Shown in pieces: positions 9,198 through 17,332 of a stretch of DNA of 64,000 bases (position 1 is its first letter; every line of letters starts with the position of its first letter). The notes beneath the pieces were generated by a model. The model ran no database searches and was not told the DNA's origin. It saw only the letters and a program-made list of their open reading frames with translations. The DNA is from Anaerolineae bacterium (GTDB taxonomy: Bacteria; Chloroflexota; Anaerolineae; UBA1429). The stretch lies in the NCBI GenBank assembly GCA_963675785.1, contig OY776562.1:512001-576000 (forward strand). Reading direction: 5' to 3'. Both the position numbers and the translations under genes were made by a program.

Positions 9198-10850
9198 ATG
9201 GGGATTAGAATTGTGCAGACAGAGTCGATGAATCGGGAACTAGACAAGCGCGTTGTCGTCGTTGACGATGAAGAAGACGTGAGGCTTTTCTGTTCGTTGG
9301 TGATGGAGAGGCTTGGCTATGATGTCAATTCCTTTGCTTCTGGCGAACAAGCTCTTGCCTTTCTTGCGAGCGCTTCGACGGATTTGTTGATTACGGACGC
9401 TAAAATGCCCGGCATGAGCGGGATTGAGTTGATTGAGCGGGTCAAGGCCCTCGATCCGGCGATTGCGGCTTTAGTCATTACTGGCTATAGCACTATGGAG
9501 ATGGCGTTTGAGGCGATTCGCGCAGGAGCACAGGATTTTCTGCCGAAACCCTTTTCGGTTCAGGACCTGAATGCTGCTGCAAAACATGCTCTGGAGCAGG
9601 CGCGTCAGGCCCAAGAGTACGCTAGCATGCGTGCCATCATGCCGTTGATCGAGCTGTCGCAAGAACTTGTAGGGCAGCAGATGAATCTCGATGAAATGGC
9701 CCTTCAGATTACAGAAGTTGTCTGCCGCGTATGTAAGGCAGATGGCGCAGCAATTGTCCTGATCAACAGTCGAGGAGAGCAGAGAGTTCTGGGTCAGCGC
9801 GGCCCGTTTCCAGCTGTTTTTTCGTCCCGATGTCTGACGGGACAAAACAGTCTTGAGATATTCTCCTTGGATATGGTTGAAGAGGGCGATTTTCGTTTGG
9901 CCATGCAGCAAGCTGGCGTTGGCTATATGGCCAGCGCAGCTCTCGAGGCTCCCAGCGGCTATGTCGGTACAATTGCCCTGACTTCATTAGCGGACTTTTC
10001 TCAGTTTACGCGCGGTTCGCGGCATTTTCTGCAAGCCATGTCAGGTCAGGTCGCTGCAATTATCGAAAACGTTCGCATGATGGAAGAGCTGCAAGAATGG
10101 AACCGAGTGCTCGAAGTGCGGGTGGCTGAGCGAACAACCGAATTGCAGAATGCACAAGAGCAGCTTATTAACGCGCAGCGCCTGGCAACAATTGGCGAAC
10201 TTGGCGCAAGTATTGCCCACGAGATGCGCAATCCGCTGGGAGTCATCAGCAATTCCGAGTATTACTTGCGGATGCGCCTTGGAGACGATGATCCCAAGCT
10301 CACCAAACATCTTGATATCATCAAGCGTGAAATCGCAGCTTCCAATGCCATCATTACCGAACTGATGAGTTTTGTAAGAGCTACAAACCTACAACCTGCG
10401 CCACTCGACCCGGCAGAACTCTGCGAAAGATGCCTGAGTCGAATCGAAGCGCCTTCTTCTATTACCGTCGTTCGTGATTGGCCCGTCGATTTGCCACTCA
10501 TTGACGGTGATCAGGATAGGCTAGAGATGGTGTTGATGAATCTCTTGAATAACGCAGTGCAGGCGATGCCCGACGGCGGCGTGTTGACGCTCAAGGCAGA
10601 AGAATCTTCAGACGGGGTCGCTTTCTATGTTCAGGATACGGGGACAGGTATCTCGAAAGAAAACATGGAGCGCATATTCGAGCCGCTTTTCACAACAAAG
10701 ACGCGCGGCATTGGCTTGGGTTTGGCTATTGTACGTCGCCTCATTGACGCCCACGGCGGAACTATTCGCGTTGAGAGTGAGCTAGGCAAGGGAACGCGCT
10801 TTGAGGTGTTGATTCCTGTTTCCGAACGGGTAAGGGTGCCCGTGGCATGA
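9198..10850 (+). CDS. Cytoplasmic REC-GAF-HisKA-HATPase histidine kinase
   Basis: REC (VVDDE, TDAKMP, KPF), GAF-like segment, H-box AHEMRNPL, N-box NLLNNA, DTGTG, FTTK, GLGL. No TM segment. The start may be a few codons downstream. Confidence 0.93.
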   Translation: MGIRIVQTESMNRELDKRVVVVDDEEDVRLFCSLVMERLGYDVNSFASGEQALAFLASASTDLLITDAKMPGMSGIELIERVKALDPAIAALVITGYSTMEMAFEAIRAGAQDFLPKPFSVQDLNAAAKHALEQARQAQEYASMRAIMPLIELSQELVGQQMNLDEMALQITEVVCRVCKADGAAIVLINSRGEQRVLGQRGPFPAVFSSRCLTGQNSLEIFSLDMVEEGDFRLAMQQAGVGYMASAALEAPSGYVGTIALTSLADFSQFTRGSRHFLQAMSGQVAAIIENVRMMEELQEWNRVLEVRVAERTTELQNAQEQLINAQRLATIGELGASIAHEMRNPLGVISNSEYYLRMRLGDDDPKLTKHLDIIKREIAASNAIITELMSFVRATNLQPAPLDPAELCERCLSRIEAPSSITVVRDWPVDLPLIDGDQDRLEMVLMNLLNNAVQAMPDGGVLTLKAEESSDGVAFYVQDTGTGISKENMERIFEPLFTTKTRGIGLGLAIVRRLIDAHGGTIRVESELGKGTRFEVLIPVSERVRVPVA

Positions 10851-11227
10851 ATTCAGATCTGCACCTTCTCATTGTCGATGACGAGCCGAACATGCTGGCA
10901 ACTCTGCAAGATATTTTAGAAGAGTTTGGTTGGCATGTGGACTGTGCTACCTCGGGCAATGAGGCACTCGATTTACTGGCAAACCTTGATGTGGACTTTG
11001 TTCTGATGGATTTCAACATGCCCGGCCTTTCTGGCGTTGAAACAGCCGAAAAGATGATACTTGAGCGGCCTCACCTACCAGTTTTTCTTATGTCTGCTGA
11101 TGTGAGCGAATTGTGGAAAGCCAAGGCTGTGCAATGCGGCGTTCGGGCAGTGCTTTCCAAGCCGTTGGATATCCCCAGTGCAATGGCATTGCTGACTGAA
11201 CATCACAAGCAAGGGATTAGCATATGA
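10847..11227 (+). CDS. Single-domain response regulator (CheY-like)
   Basis: IVDDE, MDFNMP, MSA, SKP. ATGA overlap with the kinase stop. Confidence 0.92.
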   Translation: MNSDLHLLIVDDEPNMLATLQDILEEFGWHVDCATSGNEALDLLANLDVDFVLMDFNMPGLSGVETAEKMILERPHLPVFLMSADVSELWKAKAVQCGVRAVLSKPLDIPSAMALLTEHHKQGISI

Positions 11228-11871
11228 GCAAGTATGCAGCCGAGTATGCCAATTCAGATACAGAAACGGGACAGGCTGTCAGAGCTATCGGACATGACCT
11301 CCGAAATCAGCTTGCCGTTATGCGCAACTCTACCTATTACTTGCGTATGCGTGTGGGGAATGATGACCCCAAAATAGCCCGACACCTTGAAATTCTCGAT
11401 CAATCCATCGAACAGGCCAATCACAAGGTTCTGGACCTTATGGATTACGTTCTGCCGCGCACACCTGCTGTTGAACCCTGCTCTTTACTGGTATTGGCAT
11501 CGACTTTTTTGAATTATTGGCATACAGATGCAGAGATTGAGCAGGCATCCTTCGATGTAGGCTTGACGGTGTCTATCGACAAGACGCAGATAGATCGGGC
11601 TTTGCAGCTTTTGGCCGAGGCGCTGCATGAAAGGCAAGCTGCTTGTCTATCCTGCAAAATTGTCGCTGGTGGTGGCTATGGCATTGTTACCTGTGAACTG
11701 GATCAAGCTTTGAATCCACCTCTGTGTGTCAAGCGCCCGCCCCGAGTTATTCCAGCTTGTCTTTCTGAATACATGGCTGCGGGTCTCTTTGAACTAAATC
11801 ACAGTACCCTTGCCGCCTCTTTGGAGGCACAGGATAGGCACTTGCTGAATCTGGGATTTCCACTGGGGTAA
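11224..11871 (+). CDS. DHp-containing pseudo-histidine kinase / putative phosphotransferase
   Basis: H-box GHDLRNQL paralogous to the upstream kinase; C-terminal half lacks N-box Asn and DxGxG/GxGL. ATGA overlap with the previous gene. Confidence 0.75.
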   Translation: MSKYAAEYANSDTETGQAVRAIGHDLRNQLAVMRNSTYYLRMRVGNDDPKIARHLEILDQSIEQANHKVLDLMDYVLPRTPAVEPCSLLVLASTFLNYWHTDAEIEQASFDVGLTVSIDKTQIDRALQLLAEALHERQAACLSCKIVAGGGYGIVTCELDQALNPPLCVKRPPRVIPACLSEYMAAGLFELNHSTLAASLEAQDRHLLNLGFPLG

Positions 11872-11968
11872 AAGTCGGCTTTTTATGCAGTATTAACCTT
11901 TGGGCCACCCGCTCTCACGCATAATGAGATAAGTGGCCCTTTCTTGTATCTCTAAAACTCGGTGTGTT

Positions 11969-13876
11969 ATGTCTGAATCAGCTCAAGCGGTCAAAGAAAA
12001 ACAGCGTTCTATACTTGTCGTCGATGATGACCAGGCTATGTGTGAAACACTCGTCGATATTCTCGATGACAAGGGCTACAAGACTGCAAGTAGCAGTTCC
12101 GCCGTTGCGGCTATTGAGCTTTTGAAGAAAGAGCCCGTTGATCTTGTTCTGTTGGACATTATGATGCCCGAGATGAACGGCGTGGAAGCCCTTGATGCAG
12201 TCAAGCGTGCGGTGCCTCATGCAATCATCATTGTCATGACAGGTCATAGCAATCTTGAAGGTTATGTCTCAGAGGCTTTGGCCTCGGGGGTCGATGGTGT
12301 GCTTTACAAGCCTTTCGACATTGATGTAGTGCTCGATATCATTGAGCGTAGCGAGGCAGGACGAGAGAGATTCCCTCTTGTTGATCTAAGTCAGTACCCT
12401 GTGCAGGCCAATGCAATTCAGATGGTACCGCAAGAGCTGGCTCGCAAGCATTGTGTACTTCCGTTGAGGATAGAGAACAATATTCTCAATGTGGCGATGT
12501 GCGATCCGACCGATCTTATGGCGATTGAGGACTTGCGCGTACGCACCGGCCTTCGCATTAAAACGGTTCGTGCCCGGCGAGAGGACTTGGACAAGGCGAT
12601 CTCGGAGCAGTACGAGGATCTAGGTGCCATAGAACGGCAGGTCCAAAGATTTACTTTTAACACGCCTGAGGCGGCTGAGCAGCAGGCTGATCGCGTGGCG
12701 GCAGAAGCTGTTTCGCAGACGCCCGTAGTACGCGCGATAGACCTTATGCTTCAACAGGCTGTGCGAGATAGAGCTTCGGATATTCATATCGAACCCCAGG
12801 ATGACCATCTTCGCGTACGCTATCGTATCGACGGTGTGCTGCAAGATGCGATTCGTCTGCCAAAGAGGGTTCATCCGGCCATTATCTCTCGCATCAAAGT
12901 GCTCTCGGCACTCAATATTGCCGAGCGAAGAAGGCCGCAGGACGGACAATTTAACGCCATCATTGATGGTCGCTCGATTGATTTTCGTGTTGCTACGGCT
13001 AATACAGTCAATGGCGAGATGGCCGTGCTGCGCGTGTTGGATAAGCAGATCTCGGTCAAGAGCTTGCCCGATCTGGGATTTCTGCCCGATATGCTGGAGC
13101 GTTACAAAAAGGTAACGACAGCGCCTTGGGGGATCATTCTCATCGCCGGCCCAACGGGTTCTGGTAAAACGAGCACACTTTATGCAACGCTGCATCAGCT
13201 CGACAGTACAGAACTCAAGATTATTACGATTGAAGATCCCGTCGAGTACCGCTTCGAAGGTATTAGCCAGATGCAGGTGAACCATCGAGCGAATGTAACG
13301 TTTGCCTCTGGTATGCGTGCCGCCGTCCGTTTGGATCCCGACGTCATTCTGGTGGGAGAAATTAGAGACGAAGAGACGGCGACAACGGCTGTACAGGCTT
13401 CTCTCACGGGCCACTTGGTCTTCTCTACTATCCATGCCAATGATCCAGTAGGTGCGGTTTTACGACTGGCGGACTTGGGCGTAGAGCCTTTCCTGATCAC
13501 TTCATCGCTGCTGGGCGTGCTCAGTCAGCGTTTGGTGCGCAAAGTTTGTCCGCAGTGCAAGGTTCTTCAAGAAGTTCCGTTCAATGAACGGGCTGCTTAT
13601 CAAGAGATCTTGGGCGAGGATATGGAGCGTTTCTGGGTGGGTACGGGATGCAGTTATTGCGCTCAAACGGGTTATCGGGGTCGAGTGGCATTGTTTGATT
13701 TTATGGAGCTTGATGACAATTTGCGAAAGCTCATTCTACAAGGCGCAAGTTCAGCGGAATTACGTGAGCACGCCCACAAAGCGGGCAGTGGAGGAATGAT
13801 GGAGGACGGGATGCTCAAAGTAAAGCAGGGCATCACAACGCCGGGCGAAGTACTCAAGCGCGTCTTTGAGATGTGA
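11969..13876 (+). CDS. pilB: Type IV pilus/T2SS assembly ATPase (PilB/GspE family) with N-terminal receiver domain
   Basis: REC N-terminus; ASDIHIEP, AERRRPQDG, Walker A GPTGSGKT, TIEDPVE, DPDVILVGEIRD, TGHLVFSTIH, zinc CPQC..CSYC. ATG at 11969 preferred over GTG 11933. Confidence 0.93.
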   Translation: MSESAQAVKEKQRSILVVDDDQAMCETLVDILDDKGYKTASSSSAVAAIELLKKEPVDLVLLDIMMPEMNGVEALDAVKRAVPHAIIIVMTGHSNLEGYVSEALASGVDGVLYKPFDIDVVLDIIERSEAGRERFPLVDLSQYPVQANAIQMVPQELARKHCVLPLRIENNILNVAMCDPTDLMAIEDLRVRTGLRIKTVRARREDLDKAISEQYEDLGAIERQVQRFTFNTPEAAEQQADRVAAEAVSQTPVVRAIDLMLQQAVRDRASDIHIEPQDDHLRVRYRIDGVLQDAIRLPKRVHPAIISRIKVLSALNIAERRRPQDGQFNAIIDGRSIDFRVATANTVNGEMAVLRVLDKQISVKSLPDLGFLPDMLERYKKVTTAPWGIILIAGPTGSGKTSTLYATLHQLDSTELKIITIEDPVEYRFEGISQMQVNHRANVTFASGMRAAVRLDPDVILVGEIRDEETATTAVQASLTGHLVFSTIHANDPVGAVLRLADLGVEPFLITSSLLGVLSQRLVRKVCPQCKVLQEVPFNERAAYQEILGEDMERFWVGTGCSYCAQTGYRGRVALFDFMELDDNLRKLILQGASSAELREHAHKAGSGGMMEDGMLKVKQGITTPGEVLKRVFEM

Positions 13877-13877
13877 T

Positions 13878-15080
13878 ATGGAATTCGAATATGTAGCCTA
13901 TACAGGTTCTGGTGAACGCGTCAAAGGTTCTCTTGATGCTGCAGCAGAAACCGGCGCAGAAGAGATCCTCTGGAGTCTTGGTTATACCATTGTAACACTC
14001 CGAGAAAAACGCGGTTCAAGCCAGACTATTTTTGGCATTGGCATGCGCATCAAAGCGGACGATCTGGTCGTCTTCTCTCGGCAGTTGGCCACACTGATCG
14101 AATCCGGTATCTCTTTGACGCGTTCTCTAGAACTATTGGAGACGCAGATCGGTAACAAGCGCTTTCGTGGGATATTGATCGAGATTATTGCTGATCTTCA
14201 GCAGGGCCATTATTTCTCTGAGGCGATTGCCAAGCAGGGACAGGCTTTTCCCATGATGTATGCGCGGCTGGTCGAGGTTGGTGAGCGGACAGGAGGCCTA
14301 GAACAGTCCCTTTTGCAGTTGGCTGATTATATCGAAAAAGAGACTGCTCTGGTTCGCAAGATTCGTAGTGCCATGGCCTATCCGGCATTTGTTCTATTCA
14401 TGGCCGTCGCTGTTATCGTGCTTATGCTCACGGTCGCTTTGCCACCACTCATGGGATTATTCGAATCCTTTGGCGCAGAGTTGCCGATTTACACGCGCAT
14501 ACTCATGGCGCTCACCAACTTTGTTACGGATTATCGGCTGGAGATCATCGCTGTTGTTGTGGCTGTTGCTGCAACCTGTTTCTTTTATTTCCGTTCCGCG
14601 ACTGGTAAATATACCTGGGCCAGGATGATGGTGAAAATACCTATCATCAAAAGGGTAACCATCAACGGGGCTGTGGCCCGCATCTGCAATACGATGGCCA
14701 TTTTGCTCAAGTCAGGCTTGGCACTTCCCGAGATCATTGATCTCTGCATTCGTACCCAGGGCAACCTGATCATCAAGGGGGCGCTGGAATCAGTAAAAGA
14801 AGAATTGCTTCAGGGGAAAGGGCTTGCAGATCCTCTGGCAGAGCAAGAATTATTCCCCCAAATGCTCGTGCAGATGGTGCGAGTAGGCGAAGAGACGGGT
14901 GCACTCGATTCAAATATGGCTACACTGGCTGTGTTTTATGATCAAGACGTCGATCGTACTGTGAATGCCATGTCCGGTATGATTGAGCCAGCACTGACGA
15001 TTCTTGTGGGTGGTATGACAGGATTCATCGCTCTGTCTGTCATGGGCCCCATCTATTCGCTGATGAGCGTCATAAAGTAG
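13878..15080 (+). CDS. pilC: Type IV pilus platform protein (PilC/GspF)
   Basis: FSRQLATLIESG, VGERTG, AMAYP, VGEETG, MIEP; 3 TM segments. Confidence 0.93.
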   Translation: MEFEYVAYTGSGERVKGSLDAAAETGAEEILWSLGYTIVTLREKRGSSQTIFGIGMRIKADDLVVFSRQLATLIESGISLTRSLELLETQIGNKRFRGILIEIIADLQQGHYFSEAIAKQGQAFPMMYARLVEVGERTGGLEQSLLQLADYIEKETALVRKIRSAMAYPAFVLFMAVAVIVLMLTVALPPLMGLFESFGAELPIYTRILMALTNFVTDYRLEIIAVVVAVAATCFFYFRSATGKYTWARMMVKIPIIKRVTINGAVARICNTMAILLKSGLALPEIIDLCIRTQGNLIIKGALESVKEELLQGKGLADPLAEQELFPQMLVQMVRVGEETGALDSNMATLAVFYDQDVDRTVNAMSGMIEPALTILVGGMTGFIALSVMGPIYSLMSVIK

Positions 15081-15085
15081 GGTGG

Positions 15086-15487
15086 ATGGCTGTGACCAAG
15101 TCGGAACGCGGTAGCTTGTTGATTAGTGAGCTCATAGCGGTGGCAATCATTGCCCTGGCTCTCATTGTGCTCATCATTGCACTTGCTACGGGCAGCCAGG
15201 GGGCTCTTTCTGTTCGTCAACGGGCAGCAGCCGAATCCATGGCTATGGAGCAGATCGAGCTAATCAAATCTGTGCCATATAGCACAGATCCATCAGATTA
15301 TCCTCTTGTGGCTAATGAGGATCCTTATTCGGTAGATTTGACGGTCATGTTCTGGAATGGCTCAGATTTTCAAGCTACCACACCAACCGAGGATTTGGGG
15401 CTCCAAAAGGTCACTGTTGAAGTCTACTCGTCCCTTTTTGCCGGCAGCCCGGTTTTGATACTTGAGGATTATAAGGCGGATCACTGA
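15086..15487 (+). CDS. Minor pilin-like protein (PilV-like)
   Basis: Class III-type signal KSERG|SLLISE plus a hydrophobic helix. Glu is at +6 rather than +5. Confidence 0.7.
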   Translation: MAVTKSERGSLLISELIAVAIIALALIVLIIALATGSQGALSVRQRAAAESMAMEQIELIKSVPYSTDPSDYPLVANEDPYSVDLTVMFWNGSDFQATTPTEDLGLQKVTVEVYSSLFAGSPVLILEDYKADH

Positions 15488-15984
15488 TGGCTGGTCATGG
15501 AAGAGAAACAGAGAGCAAGGGCTTTACGCTCATCGAGCTCTTGATTGCACTAGCGATTTCGGCAATTGTCGGTACATTGGCGATTTCGGCGATCAGGCAA
15601 TTTGTGAGTATATCGGCAGCTGAGCAGGACACCATGGCAGTAAGCACCCAAATCAAAGTCTTGTCTTCAAAGCTGAGCCAGGATTTAGTATGTGCCAACT
15701 CGGGTGAAGTATTGGATGATGGACAAACCCTGGTACTCTATTTGTCTACATTCGAGTTTGGTGAGCTTATCGAGCCCGTCTCTTATAGCATCAACTACAG
15801 CCTTGTCGATAGCGTGATTATACGAACAACCAGTGATGGTTCTGTTACTGTGGCCAGGGGTGTACAGAGTGTCAGTTTTGGGCAGGATGGCGCCATTGGC
15901 GATGTTAGTACGATTGACGTGACGATTCGCATTGGTGATGTGGTAGACTCGACGACGATAACGCTTGATCGAAGACCCTCATAG
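15487..15984 (+). CDS. Minor pilin (PilW-like), prepilin cleavage/methylation motif
   Basis: ESKG|FTLIELLIALAI canonical motif. Confidence 0.88.
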   Translation: MAGHGRETESKGFTLIELLIALAISAIVGTLAISAIRQFVSISAAEQDTMAVSTQIKVLSSKLSQDLVCANSGEVLDDGQTLVLYLSTFEFGELIEPVSYSINYSLVDSVIIRTTSDGSVTVARGVQSVSFGQDGAIGDVSTIDVTIRIGDVVDSTTITLDRRPS

Positions 15985-16030
15985 CTAGCAGTACGACTAG
16001 CAGCTATGCCTCCAAAGGGGGTATGACAGG

Positions 16031-17212
16031 ATGGGTAGGAAGAAAATGATCAGCAAAGATGACAGAGGTAACGGACTGCTTTTGGCACTGTGCGTATTGG
16101 CGGTAGTTGCCATTCTGCTTTCTCCTCTCATGGCCAGTATGAGGGCGAGCGTAGCTACAACTGGTGAAACGGATAGCCTTCTGCGTGAGCATTATACGGC
16201 TGACGCTGCTGTAGAGTACGCCATCAACGAGTTGCAGAAAAACGCTGATTTGCGCTCTGAATTGATCACTAACCTCGGCCAGGCGCAGACACTGCCATTT
16301 GAACTCGAAATCAACGGCGTTGTGCCAGAGATTGAGATCGTGGCGCTGTCTGCTGATACAGGCAGTTTTACCGGTGGCATGCTCGAATATGCCCTGTGGG
16401 CGCACAGCACCACAGGTGGCGATGTCATCAACATATCAGGATCGGGGCATGCAATTTATGGTGCCGTGCATTCGAATGATCGCATCAGAATCAGCGGCGC
16501 CGGGAACTCGGTTAGCTCTGTCGCAGAGTATGTCGATCGGCTGCGCACGAGTGGCGCCGGGAACTCGAGCTGGGAGAGCTATGCACAGCAGGTTGAGGTT
16601 GCAGACGAGTACCCCATCTCCTGGGATCTCGACGAGTTTTCTGACCCCTCTGCTGAAGGTACCTATGCCTATCAAGCCGCTGAGGAGGGCAAATACCATT
16701 ACTATAGTAGCGATCTGCATTTGAGCGGCGCGGGTGAGGTGATGGATCCGGGGCTTTATTTTGTCGATGGTGATGTGAAGATCAGTGGGGCAGGTGTGCG
16801 GGGGGATGCTATCACAATTGTGGCCACCGGCCAGATTGATCTTTCTGGGGCGGGATTGAGTTTTTCTCCCTATGTCTCTGGGTTGAGCTTTTTCGCCAAC
16901 AGCTCTCAACTAAACGGCAGTGGTGCTGTGAACATTACCGGCTCTGGCAACGCGGGCGGTACAATCTTTGCGCCCAATGGCCTCATCAAGCTTTCTGGTG
17001 CGGGTGGGCAGATTACGGGAGCGTTTATCGGCCAGGAGATCGATATCTCGGGATCGGGCTGCCGTATCTATCTGGCAGAAATCCCTCTGACGCAGGCAAC
17101 GTATTGCGGCGTTTTTGACATCAAAGCAACGGCTGGCGATGAGGTTGTACAGGCCCGCGTCTCGGACTGTGGCGATAATGGCTTACAAATTCTGGCCTGG
17201 ATGGCAGACTAG
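16031..17212 (+). CDS. PilX/GspK-like tip pilin with repeat (beta-helix-like) domain, paralogue 1
   Basis: DDRG|NGLLLAL lacking E5, YTADAAVEYA, ~9 xxxSG[A/S]G repeats, C-terminal Cys pair. The start may be 16046. Confidence 0.75.
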   Translation: MGRKKMISKDDRGNGLLLALCVLAVVAILLSPLMASMRASVATTGETDSLLREHYTADAAVEYAINELQKNADLRSELITNLGQAQTLPFELEINGVVPEIEIVALSADTGSFTGGMLEYALWAHSTTGGDVINISGSGHAIYGAVHSNDRIRISGAGNSVSSVAEYVDRLRTSGAGNSSWESYAQQVEVADEYPISWDLDEFSDPSAEGTYAYQAAEEGKYHYYSSDLHLSGAGEVMDPGLYFVDGDVKISGAGVRGDAITIVATGQIDLSGAGLSFSPYVSGLSFFANSSQLNGSGAVNITGSGNAGGTIFAPNGLIKLSGAGGQITGAFIGQEIDISGSGCRIYLAEIPLTQATYCGVFDIKATAGDEVVQARVSDCGDNGLQILAWMAD

Positions 17213-17223
17213 GCAGTTCCTTC

Positions 17224-17259
17224 AAGCCGGATTCGGGTATCCCGAATCCGGCTTTTTTT
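17224..17259 (+). terminator. Intrinsic terminator ending the pil operon
   Basis: AAGCCGGATTCGGG-TAT-CCCGAATCCGGCTT (14-bp perfect stem) running into a T tract. Confidence 0.9.
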
Positions 17260-17332
17260 AATCTCATCCTTGCGCTACAAGCCCCAAAAGGTGACATAAT
17301 ACCTGTATGATAGAGCTTGGCAGAGGCAAAAG

